In this document: piece after piece, positions 1 through 11,963 of the stretch
Layout of the letters: each line of letters starts with the position of its first letter
Numbering within the stretch: position 1 is the stretch's first letter
From: Halocafeteria seosinensis
Lineage: Eukaryota
Assembly: GCA_001687465.1 (NCBI GenBank)
Contig: LVLI01000234.1
Location: 1-64,000 of the forward strand
Length of the DNA stretch: 64,000 bases
Direction of reading: 5' to 3'
The notes under the pieces: model-generated
What the model saw: the letters and a program-made list of their open reading frames with translations, nothing else
Database searches by the model: none
Told to the model about the DNA's origin: nothing
Position numbers and translations under genes: made by a program

Positions 1-369
1 CTTCCGTTTCGTTTCATACTGTAGAGGAAAGAAGGAGCGAAAAGAACCTTGCATCGGGAAGAAGTTGAAGTTAGGACACTTTGGTCCACTGAACTTCGTG
101 GGGAGATCGCCAGCTGCGGAATCACGCGGAACTCGGCCCCGGAGGCGAGGCGAAACAAAGAGGATAATACGGTGCTACAAAACAGAGGATGCACATAGTT
201 GTTGGGAATGTCTGAATATTGAATTGGAAACAGAGCAAACTAGAAGTCTTGGTTGTGGATTGAACTGGAAAGAGTGTAAAGTGTCGTCTTGAACAAAGTG
301 CTGCGTGTTGGGTGGCCTTTTCGTCTACTGGAGGATCTAGTGGTACATCTTTTACATTTTGGTGCAGCC

Positions 370-3300
370 ATGTCGTCACGTATTAGCATTGCCGTGTCAT
401 TGTTGAGGCTGGCCATAGCTGCGTTGCTGACGGTTGTGGCCACTGCCAAGGCGGATTTCAGGCAAGATTGGGAGGATCTGAGTAAGTTGTCTATGACTAA
501 GCCACAGTTAGTAAGAGTGCATATTATGTGCATGATGAACAGGTCCTACGGAACTTTTGCATCATTTAGTAGAGGGAAAACCCAAAAAGCACATTCCTTC
601 TTTAAAGGTAAGCCTATATCTTAGAGGCAGAAACGAACATTCGACTCGAGTGGAACATTCTTTGCTGGTTGCAGGGGGCGTTTGCATTCAATGGCTGTGT
701 AGATATGCTAGTAGATGCACGTTGTCTTACGGACATGATATACGAGCGCATGTCCAAGTATATAGATGAAGATTTCAACGAAATTGAAGACTACGATAGG
801 GCCGCCATCTCGGGTTGGTACGATCTGTTGAGTGTTTTCAAGCATCACTACAAAACGGGATCTGCAGCTGAGAGAGTATTGAAAGATCCTGATTTTATGA
901 AAGAGATCATGGAACTGATTGATACTGCCAATATGGAGGCTGGTGGAACTTCTTTCCTGAGTGAACGCGCTGAGTTACCCGGCGATCCTGAAAACAACAT
1001 TTGTCCAGTTGAACTTCGCCCTGGTGGAAACGCAGTGCTCATGGCTTCTAATTTTGCTGCAAATTGCAGACCCAATTGCGATGTAAGGCTGCTACGAAAG
1101 TTTGTGGCGTCAACGAATAAAAAATATTGCTCCATGTTTGGTTTGGTATCCGCGCAGACTGATTACTACGGTGCCATTTCCCACGAGCTGCAGTCGCTGA
1201 TACCTCATAATATTAACGTTCCTTTGGGATCTTACGATTACAACGAGATGCATCTGATTGTTGAGTACAGTGAAAAGGATCCGATACAGGGTGTGCACGC
1301 ACCTCGTTCCAACCGCTTTATTCTAACTGGCGACCGGCAGAATAAGAATGTGTCTGTCTTACTTGATATGTACAAACACATCGGAGAAAGCCCATCTAAT
1401 ATGCCGCATTTTGTTGTCCTGGCGGGATTCCATATGCTAGAGCAAGTGTCTCCCCCTAACCGCCGAGATCATCTTCGCAATGCAGCCAGTGGTTTATTAA
1501 AACATCAGATGTTTCACGACGAACGAGGACCTGCGGTGCACTTGGAACTAGCGAGTACCGCATCCCCCGAATTACTCAGCGAGATTGTCCAGTATATCAT
1601 TACCCCAGTCGACAACTATGCATCGCGACCTAAGTCATATCAAAAGCCGTCTTGGTCCCAGGACGACAAGGTCCTTGACAGGCCGTACGGTATGATACAT
1701 AGCATCGGTTGCAACGAACAAGAGCTCGCAGCATTATACGAGTCGATGGGCGGCACATACATGAATGGTGACGTGCCAGTTATGCGTCCGGATGAAAAAT
1801 GGATAGAAGCTTTGAAAGCTAACAGCAATGAGTCAGCTGATGCGAATCCCTTTCTGGACATGATTAAAAGTTTTGCTTTCGTCGATAGCCGCGACCAGTT
1901 GACTAGTGCCATTCCGGATATCGGAGCAGTAGCCTCTGCTATAAGATTTATTATGTGGAGAACTGTCCGCTTATCGAGGTTTCATTTCCACAGCTACTCG
2001 TACCATATTGTTGCTCAAAGAGAGACCATGATCCCCGAACGGTTTCGAGTATGGAACTGGAAAGACGCTAGTCGGAGCGTAGCTGCAGGGAGTGCGGAAG
2101 CAACAAGAAAAGCCTGCCAGCTGGGCAAAAATAGCGTTTGGAGTGATACGGATCTGGATATTGTTGCTCCTCGGACATTTGACATTGGGGACCCTTTACT
2201 ACAGCTAGGATCCACGAATGGCAGTAGTCCAGGGGTTCATGGCATGGCAGAGATAGAAGGAGCTAGTTTCAGCAAGAAACACAATGTTGATATCGGGACG
2301 GCTAAGTGGACTTGGCCGGATTTGGCAAACGCATTAGCTCAAGTATATCGTTCGTCGAGGCATATGTACCACAATAAGACGATAGAGTTTGCATATGCTC
2401 CCGTGGTGCTGTGCAAGCAGCCTCGTGCCACAGTGGGTATAGGAGATGCCATCTCTAGCGCAGGGCTCAGCGCGCATATCAAGAGCGTGATCGTTCCGGA
2501 CCACTTTGAAACACTGAAGGATACGAGCACTGCGGATAATAAAGAAGAACGTGAGCGCGCCCTCGGACGATTCAGTGATGAATACGCTGAGAAGCAACGG
2601 TTAAAAGTAGAAAAGGAGAAAGCCGAACAGCGGGAAAAGGAACGAAGACAACAGGAACGCGAGGAAGAAGAAGCAAGGCTAAAGGAACTAGAAGAGGAGG
2701 AAGCCTTGCAACGGGAACAAGAGCGTCTTGCTGATGTTTTGCCCCTAGGATTTCGTTCGGAAAAAGATGCTGACGATTTAGCGCCGGAGAGTCCGTGGGA
2801 GGTACTGTTCCACATGCAGATGTTTGCTGTCCACACTGCTACTCGAGAAGAGCAAGAAGCAGAAGAGGCCCGAAACGCATGCGCTGAAGAAAACGCAGCT
2901 ATGGGGGAAGATCACGAATCCGTCATGGAATACAAACACATTATGACGTCTGCCGAAGACGATGATCCGGAAGAGAAGCAAGAGGAAGATGGAGACACCG
3001 ACGAGGACGAGTCTGGCAAGGGAGTGGAGGAAACAGAAAATGAAGGTGATGCGGAATACGACGAAGAAGGAGAACCAGATCAGGAGCAGGAAGGAGATGA
3101 CTCATTTCAGAAGGAAATGAATGAACTGGAAGATGCGGACTTGTTTCTAGTCGGCGGACATCGGACGACCATCCCTGGAACGAGGAAACAGTCAACAAGC
3201 CGTGACGAACAGCATGCGGAAGACCAAAATAACCGGAAGCCAATAGTGTTCCGTGAGGAGGACTATCCAGAGCATCTGCAGTTCCCTCCACCCGTTGAGG

Positions 3301-3803
3301 AGATGGATCTTTCGCATTTGGACGATCTCGTGGACGAAGATAAAGAGTCGGAAATAGCTGATCTCAGAATGATGCGCTTGGAAACTATTCGAGAAATTGA
3401 AATCAGACGAAAGTATTATCGGCGGGAACATGGCTCTGACGAAGAAATAACTGACGAGGAAGCAGCGGAAATATTTATCCCGGAGTATGACTATGATGAA
3501 AACGATGATATCGAAGATGGCGAAGACCCGTATTTGGAGCCTCCTGAGAACGAGGAAGACGACGAGACCGAAACCAGTGGCGCGCCTGAGTCGGATGAAG
3601 CCAACATAGACGAGGGGGAAGACAACGTAGACAATGGTGAAGAGACTCAATGGCATGAAGATGAACTGACAGAGGCTGAAGAAATGGATTGGGGAGACTC
3701 GACCGAAGACATTAAAGACGACAACGAGACCCACGAACACAATGGGGGTGATGAGTCTGAATACGTGGAAGTAAACGAGTATGGCAACCCAGCAACGCAC
3801 TAA
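370..3803 (+). CDS. ADPGK: ADP-dependent glucokinase-like protein (ribokinase superfamily) with N-terminal signal peptide/anchor and long acidic C-terminal extension
   Basis: Exons 370-481, 543-607, 675-3803 joined by GT-AG introns. Hydrophobic N-terminus (MSSRISIAVSLLRLAIAALLTVVATAKA). ADPGK motifs FNGCVD, GGNAVLMA, PRSNRFI, VHLELAS, SIGCNEQEL, HFHS and TVGIGDAISSAG. Confidence 0.88.
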
Positions 3804-3878
3804 AGGTGGTATTGTGAGTGAAACTTATAACCGTGATACCAGTCAAACGAAAGACAGCCCACACTGGATTGCCAGCAT

Positions 3879-6800
3879 TTACCAGTCCAAGTCAAAGCGG
3901 TGGAGCTGATTCGTCACTTCTTCTAAATCTTTCTGGGCTTTTTTCCTCATGTAGAAGATGGGGCAGTCTCGGGCCGTACACAGTACGTCTTGATGTAGAC
4001 TTCCTTGGCACCTCTGGCATTGCGTCCACAACCGGGCGTATTTATTCTCCATATCGTTAACTTCGGAGAGTTTCCATCGGTAAATCTCAGGCTCGTTTTC
4101 TTTGCAACGCTGCATCATTTGAAGGCGAGTACAACATTGACAGCGTCTTCAATAAACATGCTGCTTTTCATTCGTACCTTGCATAAACTATGTTCACCTT
4201 CCTTCAGGGGAACGTTGCACCCCGGCGCCAGACAAGTTAGACGAGTCACTGCAAACTGCATAATTCCTCTTGAACTGGATGGCGTAGCTTTCTGAATATC
4301 AAATTTAAAAATGCATAAACCAGAGACAAAAGAAATGACACAGAGCATAGCACAAATTGTACCTTGATTGATCGCGTATGATCTCCTTTCAATAGCGATT
4401 CAGCATTGTCCACAACAGGCTCGAAGATTCTCAACAGCGGTTTTGACAGTTGATTATCCAGATAATATTGAGTGTCGATAGGAATATTATGGTCTAAAAC
4501 GTATATCGGATCTTCGCTTTTCATGTACGCGGGAGCCCCTTTCTCCGCCTTTACGATCACGTATGGTACGCGATCGCCTACCACGGGGGCACTACCAGGA
4601 TCGCGCTTTCTCATGCGCTCGGCAAGTTCTACGTGAGCTTGCTTAGCAGCGTAACCTGACGAGTCTCCTGATTTACCCAAGGCTTTGGTAATGACAAGTA
4701 GAGATATGTCTAGCTTGTTCTGTAGCAAGTCACTGATGACTTGTTTTGTATAACGAACAGCGCCCTCTACAGAATGCTCCATCAGAATCTTCCTGAGAAC
4801 GGTGTCGACAACCTGACGAACCAACCCGCAGTTGTCTCGTCGAACAGTTTCAATACCTTTGGCGTCCATCTTGTCAGGCTTCTCCGAGTTTGTCCAGAAC
4901 ATCCCAGCATAGCGCTTTTTGTTCATTAGGAGGTAAGGATAGTATACTTTCTCAAATTCTAGTCGCACAGGATCAGGAAATACTTTAGAAACGTCGACTG
5001 CCGCCTCTTCACCCAAGTCCATAGCTGTCTTCACATCGCTTACACCGAACTTAACCATTACACTATCCGTATCACCATAGACGACTACGGCATCAGACGG
5101 ATAGCCGTTAGCAACTGTGTATCTTTCCTCGACAGCTTTCTTAGTTGTTTCAATCATTTCTCTGCCGTAACTTGTGACGGTTGATGAGATAGCGAGGCAG
5201 GGCAACTGCCCAACGGTTGCTCCTGTAAATCCGTACACACTGTTAGCACTGACTTTAAGGGCTAATTGTCTACCATTCTGCACTGCTTTGACCATTGGAT
5301 CTTCAGCTGCAGCCATATCTTTCTTTGCCCGCTTCCTAGCACTAAGAAGCTCCTCCAAAATCTCAGGCAGCACCCCTTTCTTTACGCTCTTCTTAACAAA
5401 ATGATCGTTCGAAGGACTGGTTTGATAATGGTCACTAGGAATTTTGTCTAAGTCTTCTTTCGACACCAACGTAGAATAGCAAAGATTGTGAGCCATCATA
5501 ATTGATGGATAAAGGGAGGCAAAGTCTAGAGTCGTGATCGGTTCATTATAGAAACCTTTGATAGGTTCAATGACTGTTGCACCTTCATATGACCCTTCGT
5601 CTGGACTCTGTTGGTTTTTCATGGTTGGGATCAGTAATCCCTTGGGACCGCATTTGCGGTACAACATAGACAGCACCTTTATTTGCTGTCCTCGAGAAAG
5701 CAAAAAGGACAACGGTACTCCAGTCACACGAGCCATTTCAACATGATTGATCATGACCATCAACTTATCCATGAGCTTTTGAGGTAAGTATGCATCCTTC
5801 AGGCAATAGACAGCCAGCCGATGCCTGTCTGCGTTAGAGCCTTTGTAGAGGTCACTAATGATGCTGTGATGGACGTCTTCCTTTTGCTGGCCTAAAAATT
5901 CAGCGGAAACGGAATTTAATGTATAGCTGCTCAATTTGTGGCTTCGACGCACGTATTGCAGCATGTCAAACATCACGCGTCCTTCAATATTCGTTTCAAC
6001 GTTTTCCGTCTTCCCATATGCAGAACTTTGGAAGGTGGTGTCTCGCATCGTCGCCCGTGAGCCAATAACGCGTCCTAAGAGTGAAGTATCTTTAGCCCCA
6101 ATGCTTTTCGCTCGATTCAACACATACGGTATGTCAAAATTTTGTATGTTATACCCAGTAATAACATCTGGATCGCTTTCCCGTACAAAGCGAGCCCATG
6201 CTTCTAGAAGGTCCTTTTCGTTGTCGAAAGATATAACTTGAGCTCCTACTATAGGACTGCATCCACCCAATACGAATACATTTCTGATCGTTGATTGCTC
6301 AGATCCCTGTAACGGTACAAACGTCGACACTAATGATGTTAAAGCTGCAAAACGCGATTCTTTCCGCACGTACTTGGCATGTCACAACGTTTGCAATTTG
6401 GATTACGGGATCGTGCTCTGCTTCGGGAAAGTGTCCTTTTCTTCCACAACATTCAATGTCAAACGAAAGTATGCGAAACGGGGATATCTGTGCAAACAAT
6501 CCACGACCCCACAATCAACGCTACACCAAATACTGGAACAGGTTTACCTGTCGCGAACCTACCTGCTGCCATTTTCCTTCAGGGCTGTGACTGACAAGAT
6601 TGTTGTACATGATATCCAGTTCAACTTGACAAGAAGTTTTCTTCCGAGGTTGTTGAGCATCGTTTTTCGCAGTCGCTGAACGCAGTTTATATGTCCCCTT
6701 CGGGAACTCTACCCAGTTACAGCCACTTATTTCTTTATCAATCATGAATCTGAGTACAAAAGGCATATTGGCCTCGTAACATTGATAGGTTGTCAACGGA

Positions 6801-7764
6801 TACTCGCCAAAGCTGAATCCTTTTTCCAAAGCACCTCTCGCGGTAGGGACAAATGAGGGCATGGAAATAAAAATCTTGAGGAAGCTGGAAGTTTGGTCCC
6901 CTCTATAACCGTAGATGCTCTGTTTTCCAGTAACTAATTGAACTGACAAGACAATGTCATTCTGAGACGAATTGCCCCCGTAGTTGGCCCGCGATCCCTT
7001 TATCTGCTTCACTTGAGAATCGAGCGCCCGTCGGAACTGCTCGATATCGTTTGGATCAAAGTTAGAGGGAACAGAACTAAAGAAGTAGGGGGTAAACCCG
7101 TGAATATGGCAACATGCCGAAATACCCTCAGTGGTCACTCCGTACAGCCTGATTACCGGAACTGGCCCCGAGGTGGATCCTAGAATTTGGTTCGATCCAT
7201 CCGGGTTCTTGGATAAGGGGAATCCATCATACATGTCCGCGTCCATCCATTGAAACACTGTGAAAAGTTACATGAAAACTATGCATCCAAGTTTTTTATC
7301 GACAAACAAAATGTATGTGCCTCACAACGTACCAAAGTTGTCATTTTTCGCATCAACTTCTTTCGAAGGAGGTGGACGATGCCATCGGTTCGACATGACG
7401 GAGCTCGCCGTACCGAGAACATCTCCATTATCTTCACCGTTTTCCTCCTCGTAACCGGCGTAGTCGCGCTTTAAATCGTCCGTGAAACTGCAAGGGTCAA
7501 TTTTTTGAATTCCACGAATTCAAATCAAGTGAATCGAACAATCAAATGTCACACTCTCGGGTTTTAACCACGTTGTGCAATGCTATGCAAGCTGTCGCTC
7601 CAAGTTCGACACAGAGAGTGATCCACATACCTTGAGATGCTTCCACTCCCATTTGTGGAAGTGGTACTGTTATGGGAAGCACTCCGAAACACTTTCTGTG
7701 GACCTCCTTGACTGGACGTGGTCCCACCATTTTCGTCCCCAGAAAGTCGACGTTTATGGTCCAT
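3879..7764 (-). CDS. POLD1: DNA polymerase delta catalytic subunit (family B)
   Basis: Seven exons: 7764-7631, 7487-7333, 7257-6563, 6487-6374, 6306-4363, 4291-4178, 4109-3879. Motifs [49 protein letters not shown], plus C-terminal CysA and CysB (CQRCQ...[12 protein letters not shown]). Confidence 0.97.
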
Positions 7765-8062
7765 TTTCGCTCCTTTCCGTTACGTTCTCGTCTAGGATTA
7801 TCTATCCCAAATCCAATTGGTTCTTGTACAATCCTATTCGTGGGTCGGAATCACCTATTCAAGCCATATTAACGCCTTAAAGTGTCCTTGGGCCTGGGAT
7901 TTGAAATTACTGGTTGAAGTCATCCGGGATGCCGGGCCGGTGGCCCGGATTGTTTCCACCTTCACAGGCGGAGAGATTTTTCAGCGACCGACCAGGACGA
8001 GCAGATATAACGTGTAAGATGAGATGTGAATACGGTGTTGAGTAGCTGAAGATACGTCCGAG

Positions 8063-9531
8063 ATGGATGCGCAAGGGTTCAGAATCTCTGAGGAGGAAAA
8101 GGGGGAGTTATTTGATGCTTGTCAGGGGCGCCACGGAGATTTGGCTACCATTTCTCGCATCCTCGCCAAGTATCCATCAACCTCCATAACAGCCATACGA
8201 GATGAGGTAAGTAGCAGCCGTACTGATTATCTGTTAAAGCGGGAAACTATTTCCGTCTTGCGTCGCCATGGAAAGCCTTGGAACAGCATGCATTCGGAGG
8301 ACGTTGAAGCCAGGTCCTGGGATTGACCTATACTGCATGTAGTATAGCGTGTAAAAAGATCACGAGTGCGCTTTCATTGTATGCGTTAACGTCTCATGCA
8401 CTGATTTCGATGCACAGATGGGATTAACACCGTTGCACCATGCGGCCCGCTTTGGATTTGCAAATATTGTGAAGGACTTGGTGGAGAGATACTGCGCCAA
8501 TGTTGCCGTCAAGGATCCCCTGGTGTGTGTTTGGATCCCATAATGGGTGTGTTTGTTTTAGTCAAATGATATACACTGGTCCTGTCCTGCTGAACAGTGT
8601 GGATTAACCCCGTTGCACTTTGCAACACATGCTACCAAAGGCTCGGAAGACGTCATCCAATTGCTGATCGGGCGGTATTTTGGAGATGTGCATTGCAGAG
8701 CTAATGTGAGAGCAAAACCCGCTTATATAGAGCCGGTTTTATGAACTATATGGTGTTCGACGTTTTGTTAATGCAGAACGGTGATACGCCGCTTCATACA
8801 GCAGCGTACCAAGGCAATGAATCAGCGACAGCAGTTCTGATTACACAATTCAAGGCGAATGTTCATCAGCCAAATAACGTAGGGTATAACGTACCAGTAT
8901 TGAAGACGAGGGACTACATAGTCGTTCAAAGTTTCACTGCGTGATGCAGGATGGAGAAACACCTCTACACCTGGCTGTCAGGCGAGGGCATGAGGATTAT
9001 GTCGCCGCGCTCATACAGAAATATAAGGCGGACCCATACGCATTGAATAATGTGAGGAAACTTATTTCAATTGTCGTTTTACGTCGAACGCACTATATCT
9101 GTGGATGCATAAATTTGATGATCGTTTATCTGCAGAAAGGGTGTACGCCGTTTGCGTTTACTGCGATGAAAATTCCTCCTACTCAAAATACGACTGAACA
9201 ACCTTCGGCGAGCCGCGAGTCCACTGGCAACAGAAAAGCCCATACATTGGAGGATAGGCTAGCTCAACTTAGAAGTTTGAATGAGGCCATCGATGAGGAG
9301 TGTCCCCACGAGTTCCTCTGTCCCATCACCCAAGAGATAATGACCAGCCCCGTTGTTGCTTTCGATGGCTGGACGTATGAGGCATCGGTAATCATGGAGT
9401 GGCTAAACAAACAAAGCACGTCACCTATGACCATGAAGACTTTGAAATCACTCCAGCTAATTCCGAATAAATCCCTGAGAAGCAGCATCTATAATTGGGT
9501 TGACAAGCAACTTGAGCACTTTGGATTATGA
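8063..9531 (+). CDS. Ankyrin-repeat and U-box domain protein (putative E3 ubiquitin ligase)
   Basis: Exons 8063-8206, 8418-8522, 8598-8705, 8777-8878, 8950-9051, 9136-9531. Four GxTPLHxA ankyrin repeats. C-terminal U-box PHEFLCPITQEIMTSPVVAFDGWTYE...TSPMT...LIPNKSLRSSI. Confidence 0.9.
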
Positions 9532-9979
9532 CGCCACGAGGGTGGCGGCCCAAGCTGGGTGGTGGGGTTGTTTCTCAGCTGTAGCATGTTGCCGTTGTTT
9601 TCTTATCAAAATTTTCTGAAATTCTGGTATGGTGCAAAATTTGGTGAGGTAGCCAGGCAAATCGTTGCCGCAAATGACACACCCCAACCAATGCAATTGT
9701 TATACCAAAACAATCTCCCGTTTTCATACTCCAATCAGAGCGAAATAACGTTGGTTTGCAGTGCTCGATCGCACTCTTCAATCCATCATCCAACTCAGAG
9801 CCAGCCTGGGCTCATAGGCTATTGCCAATTTGCCACTGGCAAATTGCCAGTTGCAACTTGCAGGCGGCAGTTACCTACTCTGCTTCAGAAGCGCAGACAG
9901 AGTATACTCCATCTTTTGATTTGTTGCAACCTCCGGTGCAGTTTAACACGTTTTTCTTTTGTCTTTTCACTAGCTAGCC

Positions 9980-11628
9980 ATGGCATCCCGCAAACAACCT
10001 CCCCAACATCGTCCTTGTTCCCCGGAGAACGAGGACGACTCCGTGGTGGAGGAGGACGCCTCCTCCGCGGCGTCTCTCTCCCTGCCTCCTCCTTCTGGAC
10101 AACACCACAACCACACCAAGCGTCTAGAGGAGGTAGATACCTCCAAACTCATGGGGACGAGGCAGCAGGAGGACTTTGATGGAGGGTCTTGCTCTAGTGC
10201 GAGCCCCTCGCGAACGGCTGCCCACCATCATCACCGGAGGATTCCCCATGTAGCTCCTCGGCAACGTCATGAGAAGCGCCCCCATGCAGGGGCGTATGGA
10301 GTGACCGTGGCCAAAGATGGGAGCTACTTTAAACCGGAAAAAGCGTACAAAAACCTCGACTTCCTGAACTCGCGCGAAGCTAAGCCCATCCGGATCATGT
10401 GTGAGTACGTGGAGACCGAACGACGGTAAGTGGATACTCGACACAGAACCATACAGCGTTCGTAATATACTTGAGATTATTGACGTACTTTTGGGATCGT
10501 ACTGTCGACGCCAGATTGAAAGCGCACGGAATCAGAAGTAGGTGCTGGCGTTGTTGGTGTTGCGTGGCATCATCATCGTCACGGTTGTAGGCAATGCAGA
10601 TACTATTCTGTTTTTCGGATCCGCCCGTGCACGATCGCATGAGAAACACGCGAAAATAGCCGAAGAAGCTAAGCAAGCGATCGCGGAGGCCTCGACGGAG
10701 GATGAAAAGGCACATGCCAAACAGCAATTAGGTATGTCCCCTTGGGCTGGGCAGATCAGATCAGGGTGTCTTGGTACAACACTTGCTACGACTCGGTCTC
10801 GACGATACAGAGAAACTGGAAAGAACGGAGTGGATGTGCGCATACTATGAGAAAATCAAGGAGCTGTCCAAACGCCTTACTGCTTGGTCAATGGAACGAA
10901 CTGTATGTGGCCTTTACGAGCTTGCTGGTAGTTGATTTCACTCTCTCTCTCTACTTCTGTGTTTATACAGCCAAGTGATGAAAACCCGCGTTACATCATT
11001 TCGACTGGAGGTGGTCCTGGAATGATGGAGGCTGCCAATTCGGGTGCTGCCAGTGTGCCTGGAGCCAAAACGATTGGTGTACGTGCCGGTGTGCCCGAAT
11101 CTGCCGCTTCCTTGTAGGATTAAGTAACGGCGTTCCTTTCCTTCTCTTCCCCATACAGATGGGTATAAGTCTTCCAAAAGAGCATGGTCTCAACATGAGT
11201 GTGACAAGAGACCTTGGCTTCGAGTTCCACTATTTCTTCACGCGCAAAGTAGGTAGCCTGCTGTTGGTCACACATTACCCAGCTGTGATGTCGAATATGC
11301 GTTATTGCAGTTCTGGATGGTATATACGGCGTTAGGGATTATCGTCGGCCCCGGTGGTCTGGGAACAATGGATGAGCTCTTTGAGTTGTTAACGTTGCTG
11401 CAAACTGGAAAGACCAATCTCCAAGAGGTGCCTATTGTCCTGTTAGGAAAGCAGTACTGGAACACAATTGTCAACTTTGAGGCACTACGTGATTTCGGTG
11501 TCGCAGCCCAAAGCGACATCGACCGTTTGTTTATTACGGATTCCGTGGATGAGGCGTTCGACCATGTCACTTCCCGTTTGCTCCAGATTGAGAGTACTGA
11601 GGAAGAGTACGAATTCGAGCGACCATGA
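9980..11628 (+). CDS. LOG family (Lonely Guy, type II-like) nucleotide 5'-monophosphate phosphoribohydrolase
   Basis: Exons 9980-10425, 10515-10537 (23-nt micro-exon), 10600-10731, 10811-10902, 10971-11078, 11159-11248, 11311-11628. Motifs FFGSAR, TGGGPGMMEAAN, FHYFFTRK, PGGLGTMDELFE, PIVLLGKQYW. Confidence 0.9.
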
Positions 11629-11963
11629 CCATAATTTTCGCTCACTAGGTACAAGTAGAGACAAAATAGGAAGAAACATCATATGTGCGCGCAAGCACAC
11701 ATAGCCACCTCAGTCAAATTACCCTGACGTATAAGCTATCCATACCACCTTCACGTACACTCCGAGGATTCCGCAAGCAATCACCCTTGGCTGCGGAAGC
11801 CGGATATCAAACTGTAGGTCACACAACCGTCACTCTTACTGACTCTTTGGCGTCCGGGTTGGTTGGCGTCGACTCGTAGCCGTAGCAGTTAGGGATGGTG
11901 CGCACTTCTTCTTGGTTGTATTTTTGTTGAAGTGTGGATCTGACATAGTGGGATAGAGTAACC

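Noticed and set aside
1..60. Minus-strand polypyrimidine/CAG acceptor followed by YETKRK, suggesting a divergent gene leaving the window
   Set aside because: Too little sequence to support a gene call.
3192..3800. 202-aa hydrophobic ORF on the minus strand
   Set aside because: Antisense shadow of the GAA/GAC-rich acidic tail of the ADPGK-like gene.
3879..7764. Family B polymerase as a possible Polinton or giant-virus marker
   Set aside because: It has six spliceosomal introns and the CysA/CysB C-terminus of cellular Pol delta.
9559..10179. 206-aa ORF between the U-box and LOG genes
   Set aside because: Non-ATG start, no protein-like features, and out-of-frame overlap with the LOG 5' end.
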